Positions 39,254-48,681 of a stretch of DNA of 64,000 nt are shown piece by piece; the stretch's first letter is position 1; each line of letters begins with the position of its first letter. The DNA is from Syntrophales bacterium (GTDB lineage: Bacteria > Desulfobacterota > Syntrophia > Syntrophales > PHBD01), in the NCBI GenBank assembly GCA_963668175.1, contig OY764159.1, forward strand, positions 3,232,001 through 3,296,000, in the 5' to 3' direction. Made by a program: the position numbers and the translations under genes. The notes below the pieces were generated by a model. The model worked only from the letters and a program-made list of their open reading frames with translations. It was not told the DNA's origin and did not search any database.

Positions 39254-40369
39254 ATGCATCAGCTTTTCGAAGAGAGTACCATTTGCGGCATGGCGCTGAA
39301 GAACCGATTCGTGCGGTCGGCGACATGGGAAGGACTTGCCGCCGAAGACGGCGGCATCACGCCGAAATTGACGGCGGCCATGGCGGCGCTTGCGGAAGGC
39401 GGCGTCGGCCTGATCATAAGCAGCCATGCGTATGTATCCCCGGAAGGTCGGGCCACGCCCTGGCAGATCGGCATCCATAAGGACGACCTTATCCCCGGAC
39501 TCCGGCAAATGACGGCGGCCGTTCACGACCTGGGCGGCAGGATCATGGCGCAACTGGCCCACGCCGGCCACCAGGCTTCGGATAAAATAACGGGACAACC
39601 GGCCCTGGCCGTTTCGGATGCGGAGCCCCTCGCCGGCAAGAACATCCGGGTCGCAACAGAAGCGGACATAGAAGAACTCGTCGCCGCTTTCGCACGCGCC
39701 GCTTCCCGGGCCAGGGCCTCCGGTTTTGACGGCATCGAAATCCATTCGGGCCACGGCTACCTCCTCAGCCAGTTCCTCTCGCCCGCCTTCAACAAGAGAC
39801 GGGACGCTTACGGCGGAGACATCGACAAACGGACGGCCGTCCATCTTCAAATCTATCGCGCCGTCAGGGAGATCGTCGGCAGGGATTACCCCATTTTTAT
39901 CAAGATGAACTGCGCCGATTTCACCGATAACGGCCTTGACGGCGACGACGGGCTGGCGGCGGCAAAACGGTTCGCCAAGGCGGGATTCTACGCCATCGAA
40001 GTGAGCGGCGGCATTCTCGGACCGGGAAAACTCACCCCCAGCAGGCCGGCAATCGCCGCTGCCGACCAGGAGGGCTATCACAGGGAATACGCGGTCCGCT
40101 TCAAAAAAGAGATCGAGACGCCCCTGATCCTCGTCGGCGGTCTGCGGTCTTTCGAGGTTGCCGAAGACATTGTCGCCCGTGGGGATGCCGATTACATCGC
40201 CCTCAGCCGGCCGCTCATCTGCGAACCCGGCCTGGTCGGCCGCTGGCAAAAAGGGGACCTGAGGAGGGCGGAATGCGTATCCGACAATCTCTGCTTCAAA
40301 CCGGGATTCACCGGCAAGGGGGTTTATTGTGTCACGAAAGAGAAAGAAGCACTGAAGGGTAAGGGTTGA
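39254..40369 (+). CDS. NADH:flavin oxidoreductase (old yellow enzyme family)
   Basis: LKNRFVRSATWE, QLAHAG, GFDGIEIHSGHGYLLSQFLSP, SRPLICEP, C-terminal CVSDNLC. Confidence 0.92.
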   Translation: MHQLFEESTICGMALKNRFVRSATWEGLAAEDGGITPKLTAAMAALAEGGVGLIISSHAYVSPEGRATPWQIGIHKDDLIPGLRQMTAAVHDLGGRIMAQLAHAGHQASDKITGQPALAVSDAEPLAGKNIRVATEADIEELVAAFARAASRARASGFDGIEIHSGHGYLLSQFLSPAFNKRRDAYGGDIDKRTAVHLQIYRAVREIVGRDYPIFIKMNCADFTDNGLDGDDGLAAAKRFAKAGFYAIEVSGGILGPGKLTPSRPAIAAADQEGYHREYAVRFKKEIETPLILVGGLRSFEVAEDIVARGDADYIALSRPLICEPGLVGRWQKGDLRRAECVSDNLCFKPGFTGKGVYCVTKEKEALKGKG

Positions 40370-40530
40370 CCGGCCGCTCTCCATGCCGCCCGATGTGACG
40401 GGATAACCGCGGGAGTAACCTCGGCCCGGGTAAACCTTGGCATTGCGGGGACGTATTTCGATGGCTTTCGTGAAATCAGTTTTCCATTCGGCGGCATTTC
40501 GATCCTGATCTCTTGCCCGTCCCGTTTCCG

Positions 40531-42189
40531 TTATTTTTTAGCTTCGCCGGGGCCTTCCCCCGCCGTCTGCGGTTCCTTCAGACGCCGCCATAGCGTACTG
40601 ATCCCGATGCCCAGGATGTCCGCGGCATTCGACTTGTTATTTCCCGTATGTTCGAGGACCAGCTTCGTGTATCTGCGCTCCAGTTCCTCGATGGTCGGCA
40701 GATCGGCGGCAAGTCCGGAAAGGAGGTCCTTGCCTTCGTCTCCGATGGCCACCGGAAGGTGTTCGGGTTTGATCCTGTCGCTGCCGGCCAGGATCAGGGC
40801 GTACTCGATCCAGTTCTTCAGCTCGCGGACGTTGCCCGGCCAGGCGTAGGTTTCCATGGTCCTGACGGTTTTCGGGTAGAAACCGGGATGGTCGTCCCGA
40901 AGACTGGAAAGAAAATGGCGCGCCAGGGGCAGAATGTCCTCGCGGCGGTCCCGGAGCGGCGGAACAACGATAGGAAAGACGGCAAGGCGGTAGAACAAAT
41001 CTTCCCGGAAGCGCCCCTCGCCGACCATGGTCCTCAAGTCCCTGTTGGTCGCGGCGATGATGCGCGCCTCGACTCTTACGTCCTTCAGTCCTCCCACCGG
41101 ACGGACTTCCTTCGCTTCCAGGGCGCGAAGGAGCTTCGCCTGCAATTCGAGAGGCATTTCCCCCAGTTCGTCGAGGAAGAGCGTGCCTTTTCCGGCCTGG
41201 ATGAAGAGCCCCTTCTTGTCCTGGTCGGCGCCGGTGAACGCCCCTTTGACGTGGCCGAAAAGCTCCGACTCCAGGAGATTGGCCGGAAGCGCGGCGCAGT
41301 TGATCGCCAGAAAAGGCTCGTTTGCGGATTCCGAACGTTTGTGGACGAACCGGGCGATGACCTCCTTGCCCGTGCCGCTTTCCCCGTAAATAAGGACGGT
41401 GGCGTTCGTCGGCGCAACCTTGGCCGCAAGCGTCATCGCCTTCGACATGGCCCCGCTGCGGATGACGATATCGTCCCCCCAGACCGATCTCGACGCCTGT
41501 TTTCTCAGGACATGCAGTTCCCGGTCCCGACGGCCGATGTCTTCCCTGGCATTTGAGAGAGCCGTCTTAAGACGCTCCATCTGATCGTCCAGATTCTCCA
41601 GCCCCTGCGCCTTCCGAACTTCCTCTCCGTTCAGCCCCCAGTCTTCGACCGGACGGCCCACGAAGGAACAATGATCTAATCCTTGAATTTCACATCCGAT
41701 TTCACGAACGAGATAGTCCGCACCGAAAATCGCCGTCGCATAGCCGCTGATGATCCCCGTCAGAATAACGCAGACCGGGTCCTGTGCCTGTCCGAAATTC
41801 GCTTTCCATACATAGGCTTGACTGGAATTTCGCCAGGTGCCGGAAAATCGCGTCAGACGGCCTTCCCTGTTGAAACTGATCTCGTTGAACTCCATGTGGG
41901 CCAGTCCCGACAGGGTCTGGAGAACGCCGCATGCCTTGAGTAATTCCGCACGGTCGTCGAACTCATAGAGGTCCTTCATCACGAGGGCCATGGCGGCCCC
42001 GCCCTCATGTCCATATCGGAATAAGATGGTGGACGCTCTCTCCCGGCCGATGATCTGAACGAGGTCGCCCACCAGGCGGGATATGGCGGCCAGACTGATG
42101 ATCAACACGCGGTGTGAAGCAACCGATGGAAAACCCGTAATTTCATCGCTGCCGAGCAGTTCTTCCCGTCTTAAATCTGAAGCCAGCAT
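40531..42189 (-). CDS. XylR/DmpR-like sigma54-dependent transcriptional activator (XylR_N-V4R-AAA-HTH)
   Basis: V4R Cys/Glu pattern (PVC...EIGC...HCSF), GESGTGKE, GAFTGA, FREDLFYRL, WPGNVREL, Fis-type HTH. Confidence 0.93.
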   Translation of the reverse strand: MLASDLRREELLGSDEITGFPSVASHRVLIISLAAISRLVGDLVQIIGRERASTILFRYGHEGGAAMALVMKDLYEFDDRAELLKACGVLQTLSGLAHMEFNEISFNREGRLTRFSGTWRNSSQAYVWKANFGQAQDPVCVILTGIISGYATAIFGADYLVREIGCEIQGLDHCSFVGRPVEDWGLNGEEVRKAQGLENLDDQMERLKTALSNAREDIGRRDRELHVLRKQASRSVWGDDIVIRSGAMSKAMTLAAKVAPTNATVLIYGESGTGKEVIARFVHKRSESANEPFLAINCAALPANLLESELFGHVKGAFTGADQDKKGLFIQAGKGTLFLDELGEMPLELQAKLLRALEAKEVRPVGGLKDVRVEARIIAATNRDLRTMVGEGRFREDLFYRLAVFPIVVPPLRDRREDILPLARHFLSSLRDDHPGFYPKTVRTMETYAWPGNVRELKNWIEYALILAGSDRIKPEHLPVAIGDEGKDLLSGLAADLPTIEELERRYTKLVLEHTGNNKSNAADILGIGISTLWRRLKEPQTAGEGPGEAKK

Positions 42190-42253
42190 ATTGTGACGCC
42201 TTTCTAATCATATTATCTTATCGAAATCATTTTTATGAGAGGCCAGAACCATA

Positions 42254-42282
42254 TCATATTGAAATGATTCTTTTCAATATGA
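42254..42282. promoter_or_regulatory. Inverted repeat, candidate upstream activating sequence for the XylR-like activator
   Basis: Perfect TCATATTGAAA-7 bp-TTTCAATATGA about 80-110 bp upstream of the -24/-12 element; degenerate copy near 42217-42240. Confidence 0.65.
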
Positions 42283-42362
42283 AAAGGTCGCTTCCTCTGA
42301 ATCCTGCATGCTTTAAGTCATATCATATTGTTTTTATTAATGTATACATTTTTATTCCGGTT

Positions 42363-42378
42363 TGGCACGCAAAATGCT
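42363..42378 (+). promoter_or_regulatory. sigma54 (-24/-12) promoter
   Basis: TGGCACGCAAAATGCT, with GG (42364-65) and GC (42376-77) correctly spaced, divergent from a sigma54 activator. Confidence 0.8.
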
Positions 42379-42510
42379 CCTTGATTGTCAAGCGTGCAGA
42401 ATCAATAGAATACAGTGGTGATGAGTCAGACGGCACGCAAGCGGATGAAGTATTCTCAATGGGAAGCGGTTTAACATACAACCAATAATGATAATACCAA
42501 GGAGGTTATC

Positions 42511-43248
42511 ATGAACAAGAAGAGCAAATCTATTATCGCGGCAGGGGTACTGACAGTGGTAACGACGGCTTGGGGTCTTTTCCCCTCAACGGGAAACGCC
42601 ATGTCGCTGCAGGACCTCGACAAGACATGGGGCAAACCGGCTGTCGTCGTCAATACGGGAAACGGCGAGAAGAGATATTACAGGTACCAGAATACGATGG
42701 ACTTTGGCTATCGCGTTTTCAATATCCAGGGAAATGAAGTCGTCGACGCCGGCATCTCCGGCACGGCACCTTCCATTGCAAAGCCCGAGGCGCCGGGCCT
42801 GCCCGCAAGCGCCATGAGCAAGGATTACTGGGCCAACCATCCCACGCCGGCAGAATCCCTCGGCACGCCGACCAGCACCAGGCATCTGCCCGACGGCTCG
42901 ACGGAGCTGTTCTATAAATACCAGGGCGCCGCGGATATCGGCAACAGGTACTATATCGTGAAAGACGGTAAGATCGTTGCTTCCGGTACGACCAGCAGAG
43001 CTCTGGCCGATCCGCAGAAAGAAACGGTTGTAGCGCCGAGAGCCGTCAGCGCCAGCGCCAATTATTACCAGAACAACCAAATGACGCTTCAGACCATCGA
43101 AGCCACCTGGGGTAAGCCCGTAGAGGTCAAGACCCTTGACAACGGTACGGAGAAGCGTTTTTACAGATATGCGAACACCCAGACTATGGGCTACCGGTAC
43201 TTCGTGATCAAGGACGGTAAGGTCATCGAAAGTGGTACGGAAGGATAA
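42511..43248 (+). CDS. Exported hypothetical protein with three tandem ~50-aa repeats
   Basis: AAGGAGG RBS, signal peptide, three units of (W/L)G(K/T)P...G...Y(R/K)Y...G(Y/N)R...G.(V/I)..G. Confidence 0.85.
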   Translation: MNKKSKSIIAAGVLTVVTTAWGLFPSTGNAMSLQDLDKTWGKPAVVVNTGNGEKRYYRYQNTMDFGYRVFNIQGNEVVDAGISGTAPSIAKPEAPGLPASAMSKDYWANHPTPAESLGTPTSTRHLPDGSTELFYKYQGAADIGNRYYIVKDGKIVASGTTSRALADPQKETVVAPRAVSASANYYQNNQMTLQTIEATWGKPVEVKTLDNGTEKRFYRYANTQTMGYRYFVIKDGKVIESGTEG

Positions 43249-43275
43249 GGAATAAACCTTTGCACCATTGAGAAG

Positions 43276-43322
43276 AGACTGCTCTGGTTCTCCTTCGGGC
43301 GGACTGGGGCAGTCTTTTTTTT
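43276..43322 (+). terminator. Intrinsic terminator
   Basis: AGACTGCTCTGGTTC...cTTCGg...GGACTGGGGCAGTCT followed by a T run. Confidence 0.8.
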
Positions 43323-43468
43323 ATCCGACCGCACCGGCACCGGCGGACACGCTGGAGGCCTCCCGCACGGCAGCAGGCATTCTCCCTTCCGCGCCGACAA
43401 GAAACGCCCCGGGAGTAACTCCCCACTCACAACCATCCCTTCCTTTTGAAGCAGATACGGTTTCAGCA

Positions 43469-44623
43469 CTACTGCCGGACCCGTTCTATCCTGATCTTCT
43501 GTGTGAAATAGAATGTGACCAGCGTCAACGCGGCGCCTATGATAAAGGGCAGCCGCCAGTTGACCAGCCACAGGGTGCCTCCGATAAGCGGAATGACCAC
43601 GGCGGAGATATGATTGATGGTGAACCCGACGGCTGTGCTCTGGGCCAGGTCCGCCGGATCGGCCGTCTTCTGGAGATAGGTATTCATGGCGATGGAGAAA
43701 TTGAAGAAGATGCTGTCGATCATGTAAAGACAGACCGCCACGCCGACATGCTCAATGAAGGCATAGCCGAGAAACAGCACAAAGAGACTTGCGCTCTCGA
43801 GTTGCAGGACCACCCTTTCGCCGTAGACGTTGATCGCCCGCGAGATGTAACGGTTCGTCAGATACGTCAGGGCATAATTCACGACGTAGACGCCCGCGAT
43901 GGTGCCGACGCCCAGGCGGTACTTCTCCACGAGGAGGAAGACGGCGAAGACGGTGAATATCTGCCGGCGGGCGCCGCTCAGGAAGTTCAGCGTATAATAA
44001 AGCCAATACTTCCGCCTGATGACGGGCTTATTCTGCACGTGGCCCTTCCCGTCGAGGACAGGCTCCCGTGTGAGCATAAAGAGGCCCGTCGAAGCAATGA
44101 AAATCCCCAGGATGAGAAAATTGAGGCGGTAGGGCAGAAAAAACGACAGGACCCATATCACCGTTCCCACGGCGATGTTGGCCAGGGCCCCGTATCCGCG
44201 GAGGCGGGCGAAAACAATGGGCGCCTCGCGGTGATCGAAGTACTGGACGGTCAGCGATTTGTTCGTGGTTTCGAAAGCATGGAAACCGATCGACATGATG
44301 ACGGTTGTGAGAAGAAGCCCCGGAAAGCTCGTAAAGAATCCGGTGGCACCGATCCCGATCCCCAGGAGGACCACGGACCAGGCGGACAGTCTGTGCTCCT
44401 TCACGAACATCAGAACATAAATAACCGCGAAGGTCAGAAAACCGGGGATTTCCCGGACGGCCTGGGCCACGCCGATCTGGAATCCGTTGACGCCCACAAC
44501 CTCCTTGGCGAAATTCGTGAATATGGCCATCCAGCCCTGAAGACCGGCGCTGGAACAAATGACCAGCACCATCAGGTACGCATACATGGGATTATCCCGA
44601 AAGGGTCCCGTTCTTCCGTTCAA
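43469..44623 (-). CDS. MFS transporter
   Basis: About 12 hydrophobic segments with REIPGFL, SGARRQIF and FTINHI motifs. TTG 44623 after AAGGAG; alternative ATG 44587. Confidence 0.85.
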   Translation of the reverse strand: MNGRTGPFRDNPMYAYLMVLVICSSAGLQGWMAIFTNFAKEVVGVNGFQIGVAQAVREIPGFLTFAVIYVLMFVKEHRLSAWSVVLLGIGIGATGFFTSFPGLLLTTVIMSIGFHAFETTNKSLTVQYFDHREAPIVFARLRGYGALANIAVGTVIWVLSFFLPYRLNFLILGIFIASTGLFMLTREPVLDGKGHVQNKPVIRRKYWLYYTLNFLSGARRQIFTVFAVFLLVEKYRLGVGTIAGVYVVNYALTYLTNRYISRAINVYGERVVLQLESASLFVLFLGYAFIEHVGVAVCLYMIDSIFFNFSIAMNTYLQKTADPADLAQSTAVGFTINHISAVVIPLIGGTLWLVNWRLPFIIGAALTLVTFYFTQKIRIERVRQ

Positions 44624-44814
44624 CGCATGATTCTCCTTCAGGTATGGGTGGGCGATGCTCCACAAAACCGAAGCAATTGTCAACAACATTTTTGACGAAG
44701 AACTGTGCCGCCCCCCCGGAAACCGTATGTCCTGTAAAAGACCGGTTCGGCGGAAAGGCAGGAATCCGATCGCGGACGCATAGCTCGGCATAGCAGAGAG
44801 TGGAGCGGCATGTC

Positions 44815-46368
44815 TTAATGGACGGGTCCCGAAACTTTCTTATCGGAACTCCGGACCCAAATCACAACGATGGCTGCAGCCAGCATGAAGAGGGCCAGGT
44901 ATTGGAACGTCGCCTCGAAGGCGAAACTGTACGCCCGGGAGGCAATGAGCTCGTGCCCCAGGTGTCTGAAGGCGGCCGAAGCCGATGGGTCCGCATAGGC
45001 GCCCGACTGGGGGACCAGGGAACGGAGCATATCGGAGAAGGCATTGGCCGCGTAGCTCCCGGGCAGCATGTTGCTGCTCAAGGCGTCGTAGAAGATGTCC
45101 CGGCGGGACGAAAGCAGCGAAGTAGCGAAAGACGTGCCCACCGAACCGGCGATCAGGCGGACGACGTTGAGGAGTGTCGATCCGTTGGCCACATCGTCGT
45201 CATCCAGGACGGCCAGGGACAGGAGGATGACCGGCGTGAAGGTCCCCCCGACGCAGAACCCCCAGAAAATGTAATCGTACACGAGCGACACATGGGGAGT
45301 ATCCAGGTCCGTGCGGTACCACAGGGAAGCCAGGGTGGCCCCTGCCAGGAAGAAGAAGCAGACCCACTTGGGTTTGACGCGGTCCGACAGGAGACCGCTG
45401 GCGATGGTGGCAAAACAGGTCGTCAGGGCCCCCGGCACCATGATCAGACCGGCCTGCAGGGTGCTGTAGCTGTGCAGCCGCTCCAGGTAGACGGGAATGA
45501 GAAAAAAGAAGCCGTAGGCGTTGACCGACAGGAGTATCATCGTCACGAGTCCCAGCCAGTAATGGGGATTGGCGAGGAGGCGCCGGGGAAAAAGAGGATT
45601 GGGACAGAAGACGAACCAAGCCACAGCCGCCGCACCGAAGAGGATAAAAAAGACGAAAAGGCCGAAGACGTAATCGGAGTGGAGCCAGCCGTTTTCCTGC
45701 CCCTTGCCGAGAAAAACGATAAGGCATGAGAGCGCCGCCGACATAAGGACAAATCCCATCACATCGAGGGGACGGGCAGGAGCGTCCGCCCGGCTGGATC
45801 TCATCAAAAACCAGACCAGGATCGCATCGGCGATCCCGAACGGCAGGTTGATGAAGAAAACCCAGCGCCAGTTCAGATATTCCGTCAGGAAGCCCCCGAG
45901 GGTGGGACCCAGCGCCGGGGCGAAGGAGGCCGAAAGGCCGTAGATGCCCATGGCGAGGCCGCGTTCCTCCTTGGGAAAGGATTCGTAGAGAATGACGAGC
46001 CCCACGGGCACCATGATCCCTTCCGCCACCCCCTGAACGAACCGGGCGGTCAGCATGATGGGAAGGTTTTCGGCTACACCCGCCAACGCCGACATGGCCG
46101 TAAAGAGAAGGACGCCCGCCAGATACATGTTGCGGTGCCCAGCCCTTTCCGCGACCCAGCCGACGGCCGTCATGGAGATGGCGGCGCCGAGGAAATAGGT
46201 AATCACCACCCATTGGATGCTGTAGATGTCCGCCTCCATCGCCGACATCATCTTGGGCAGGACGATATCCACGATCGTCGTATCCAGAAGGGCGATAAAA
46301 ACGCCGATGGAAACGAGGACCGCAGCCGTCCATTTGCTTTCCCGTTTCTCCGGTTCCGTGGTTTTCAC
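44815..46368 (-). CDS. emrB: DHA2 (EmrB/QacA) family efflux permease
   Basis: LLDTTIVDIVLP, QWVVITY, ARFVQG, APALGPTLGG, WRWVFFINLPFG. Confidence 0.88.
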   Translation of the reverse strand: MKTTEPEKRESKWTAAVLVSIGVFIALLDTTIVDIVLPKMMSAMEADIYSIQWVVITYFLGAAISMTAVGWVAERAGHRNMYLAGVLLFTAMSALAGVAENLPIMLTARFVQGVAEGIMVPVGLVILYESFPKEERGLAMGIYGLSASFAPALGPTLGGFLTEYLNWRWVFFINLPFGIADAILVWFLMRSSRADAPARPLDVMGFVLMSAALSCLIVFLGKGQENGWLHSDYVFGLFVFFILFGAAAVAWFVFCPNPLFPRRLLANPHYWLGLVTMILLSVNAYGFFFLIPVYLERLHSYSTLQAGLIMVPGALTTCFATIASGLLSDRVKPKWVCFFFLAGATLASLWYRTDLDTPHVSLVYDYIFWGFCVGGTFTPVILLSLAVLDDDDVANGSTLLNVVRLIAGSVGTSFATSLLSSRRDIFYDALSSNMLPGSYAANAFSDMLRSLVPQSGAYADPSASAAFRHLGHELIASRAYSFAFEATFQYLALFMLAAAIVVIWVRSSDKKVSGPVH

Positions 46369-47486
46369 AAAATGGACCTTTTAACGGCCACCTCAACGGA
46401 CAGGCCGGGAAGCAGTTCCGGGTGTTTGTCCAGATCGGCGATCCGGATTTTCACGGGAATGCGCTGGATGACCTTGGTGAACTCGCCGGCGGTCACGTCC
46501 CGCGGGATGATGGCGAACTCCGCCGCCGAAGCCGGATAGATGGACAGAACGGTTCCTTTCACAGGATCACCCGGGGACCGGTCGATATAAAGGTCCACCT
46601 CCTTCCCCGGAGCCAGATACTTCAGCTTTGTCTCTTCGAAACGGGCCTCGACATAGCGCGTTGCGGGATTGTAGATGCCGACCAGGAGCTTGCCGGGGCT
46701 CGCGAAATCGCCGGCTTCTGCGAACCTGCGGGCGACGACGCCGTCCTGCGGCGCCACGACGTCGCACCAGGAACGCCCCAGCCGGGCCAGACGCACCGAC
46801 ACCTCCGACTGCCTGGCCCCCTCGTCGGCCTCCTTAAAGGCGGCTTCCGCCTTACCGATCAGCGCCCGCGATGCCTCTGCCTCCGCCAGGCGGGACTCGG
46901 CGGCCTTTACCTGGAACTGGGCCGTCTGCAGCTCCGCGCGGGCCACCTTCCAGGCATTTTCGACCTCATCGTAACGGGCCTTTCCGATAACCTCTCTCTC
47001 GGCCAGGTCCTTGAAACGCTGATGCTGCTTTTCCCAATAGAGGTGATTCGCTTCCGCTTTCGCCTTCTGCTCCCGGCTGGCCTGAAGCGCCGATTTCGCC
47101 GCGTCGATGGCCGCGGGAATGGAGGCCCGGGCATGGACCAGTTCCGCCCGGTAGCGTTCCCTCTTGGCCGCCCCTGTCTCTTTTTCCGCTTCGGCAAGGG
47201 CCAGCTTCCGGTCCGACTGGTCCGGATCGATCCGGTAGAGGACCTGTCCTTTCTTCACACTGTCTCCCTCCCGCACGAGGACCTCGACGACCTTGCCGGG
47301 CACCTCGGCGGCGATGTTGACGATATCGGCCTTCACGTAGGCCGCATCGGTGGTGGCGTGGGTCAGACGCCAAAAGAACCAGTGGCCGCCGTAAAAGATG
47401 CCGACAGCGGCCGCCAGCACGATCAACACGATAAGTGCTCCCCTGGGCGTCTTCAGTGTCTTCTTAAACTCTTCCATGTTCGTCAT
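46365..47486 (-). CDS. emrA: HlyD/EmrA family membrane fusion protein
   Basis: TTDAAYV, VREGDSVKKGQVL, coiled coil, ARFEET, GEFTKVIQRIPVKI, LLPGLSV. Confidence 0.88.
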   Translation of the reverse strand: MTNMEEFKKTLKTPRGALIVLIVLAAAVGIFYGGHWFFWRLTHATTDAAYVKADIVNIAAEVPGKVVEVLVREGDSVKKGQVLYRIDPDQSDRKLALAEAEKETGAAKRERYRAELVHARASIPAAIDAAKSALQASREQKAKAEANHLYWEKQHQRFKDLAEREVIGKARYDEVENAWKVARAELQTAQFQVKAAESRLAEAEASRALIGKAEAAFKEADEGARQSEVSVRLARLGRSWCDVVAPQDGVVARRFAEAGDFASPGKLLVGIYNPATRYVEARFEETKLKYLAPGKEVDLYIDRSPGDPVKGTVLSIYPASAAEFAIIPRDVTAGEFTKVIQRIPVKIRIADLDKHPELLPGLSVEVAVKRSIL

Positions 47487-48090
47487 ACCAATACTGCTCC
47501 CGATTGTATTCTCTATCGACGATCCCGAAAAAAAGGAGATCGAGGAATTCGTTGATCCGCTGCTCCATCGATACCTGGCTGCCCTCATAGACGAGAGGCA
47601 GGTGGAGCCGGTGAAGAATAAACTGAAGGGATTCGGCCAGGTGAAGCGGGTCCATGGGACGGAATATCTTCTCCTCCTGCCCTTCTGCGATTACGGCGGC
47701 AATCATTTCAATCATTTTTTGATTGAATGAAAGCTCGCGATTGCTGTAAATAACCCCCAGCCGTTCCCCCATTTCGCGCGGCACGTCCAGAAGCTCACGG
47801 AGCCCCCGGGTATACTCCAGTATTGCGAGAACCATGGCCCGGAGCTTCTCGCGGGGATCTGCCGCCCTGGCTACGGCGTCCTGCATCTTCGCGATGACGT
47901 TCTCCTCCTCCGTTTCGAGCATCGCCTCAATCAGCTCCCACTTTCCCCCGGGAAAGTAGTGATAAAGGGCCGTCTTCTTCACGCCCAGAGGTTGGCCGAT
48001 GTCGGCCAGGGTCAGCTTGTCGAAACCGAATTTTCCCAGTTGAATCCGCACCAGATCGAGTATTTTTTTTCTGTCCAGGTTCTTCGCCAT
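47464..48090 (-). CDS. TetR/AcrR family transcriptional regulator
   Basis: N-terminal HTH GFDKLTLADIGQPLGVKKTALYHYF; first gene of the efflux operon. Confidence 0.9.
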   Translation of the reverse strand: MAKNLDRKKILDLVRIQLGKFGFDKLTLADIGQPLGVKKTALYHYFPGGKWELIEAMLETEEENVIAKMQDAVARAADPREKLRAMVLAILEYTRGLRELLDVPREMGERLGVIYSNRELSFNQKMIEMIAAVIAEGQEEKIFRPMDPLHLAESLQFILHRLHLPLVYEGSQVSMEQRINEFLDLLFFGIVDREYNREQYWYDEHGRV

Positions 48091-48105
48091 CGACCACCCA
48101 TAAAC

Positions 48106-48153
48106 AATTTAACTATTTGTTAAAAAGTTAAATTTTTATCGCCCGTTTGTCAA
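48106..48153 (-). promoter_or_regulatory. sigma70 promoter of tetR-emrAB with overlapping inverted repeat (probable TetR operator)
   Basis: Minus strand TTGACA (48153-48148)-17 bp-TAACTT; inverted repeat AATTTAACT-11 bp-AGTTAAATT at 48106-48134. Confidence 0.7.
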
Positions 48154-48347
48154 GGAAAATATGAACCCGATTCACCATCGTGACTCAACAACGGGGCGGT
48201 CCCGCCCGCCACGGACGGCCGCTTTGATATTAAGCAAGTTTCAGGCCGCTTTTCACACGGACAGCAGGCAGCCTGCAATCAGGATGATTCGTTTCTGCAG
48301 ATAAGAATTTTTGCGGAATGATTAAAAGATCGATTGCAGAAAACGGC

Positions 48348-48376
48348 TTGACATCATTTTGAGCATATGCTAATTA
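48348..48376 (+). promoter_or_regulatory. Putative sigma70 promoter with palindrome in the spacer, upstream of the DUF134 gene
   Basis: TTGACA-17 bp-TAATTA; palindrome AGCATATGCT at 48362-48371. Confidence 0.55.
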
Positions 48377-48383
48377 TACCGCC

Positions 48384-48680
48384 ATGCCCAGACCCAAGAA
48401 ATGCCGATCCATCGGCTGCAATCCTCGCGCCGTCTACTTCAAGCCCCGGGGAATTCCCATCTTCCGGCTGGAAGAGACGGGTCTCGACATGGACGAGCTT
48501 GAGGCCTTGCGCCTGGCCGACTGCGAAGGGCTGTATCACGAGGAGGCCGCCGCGAAGATGAACGTTTCCCGGGCGACATTCGGCAGGATATTGAGCACCG
48601 CCCGGCATAAGGTGGCCGATGCCATCATCAACGGCAAGGCCCTGAAAATCGATAAACCTATTGAAGATGGAGAAATTTGA
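48384..48680 (+). CDS. DUF134 family predicted DNA-binding protein
   Basis: MPRPKKCR...YFKPRGIP...ELEALRLAD.EGL..EEAA.KMNVSRATF...AR.KVADA. Confidence 0.9.
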   Translation: MPRPKKCRSIGCNPRAVYFKPRGIPIFRLEETGLDMDELEALRLADCEGLYHEEAAAKMNVSRATFGRILSTARHKVADAIINGKALKIDKPIEDGEI

Positions 48681-48681
48681 A

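Noticed and set aside
40429..40460. GEMM-like GGTAAACC...GGGACG
   Set aside because: No GNRA loop or following AAAGC, and it lies between convergent gene ends.
43268..44695. 475-aa plus-strand ORF
   Set aside because: Shadow of the minus-strand MFS gene, starting inside a terminator.
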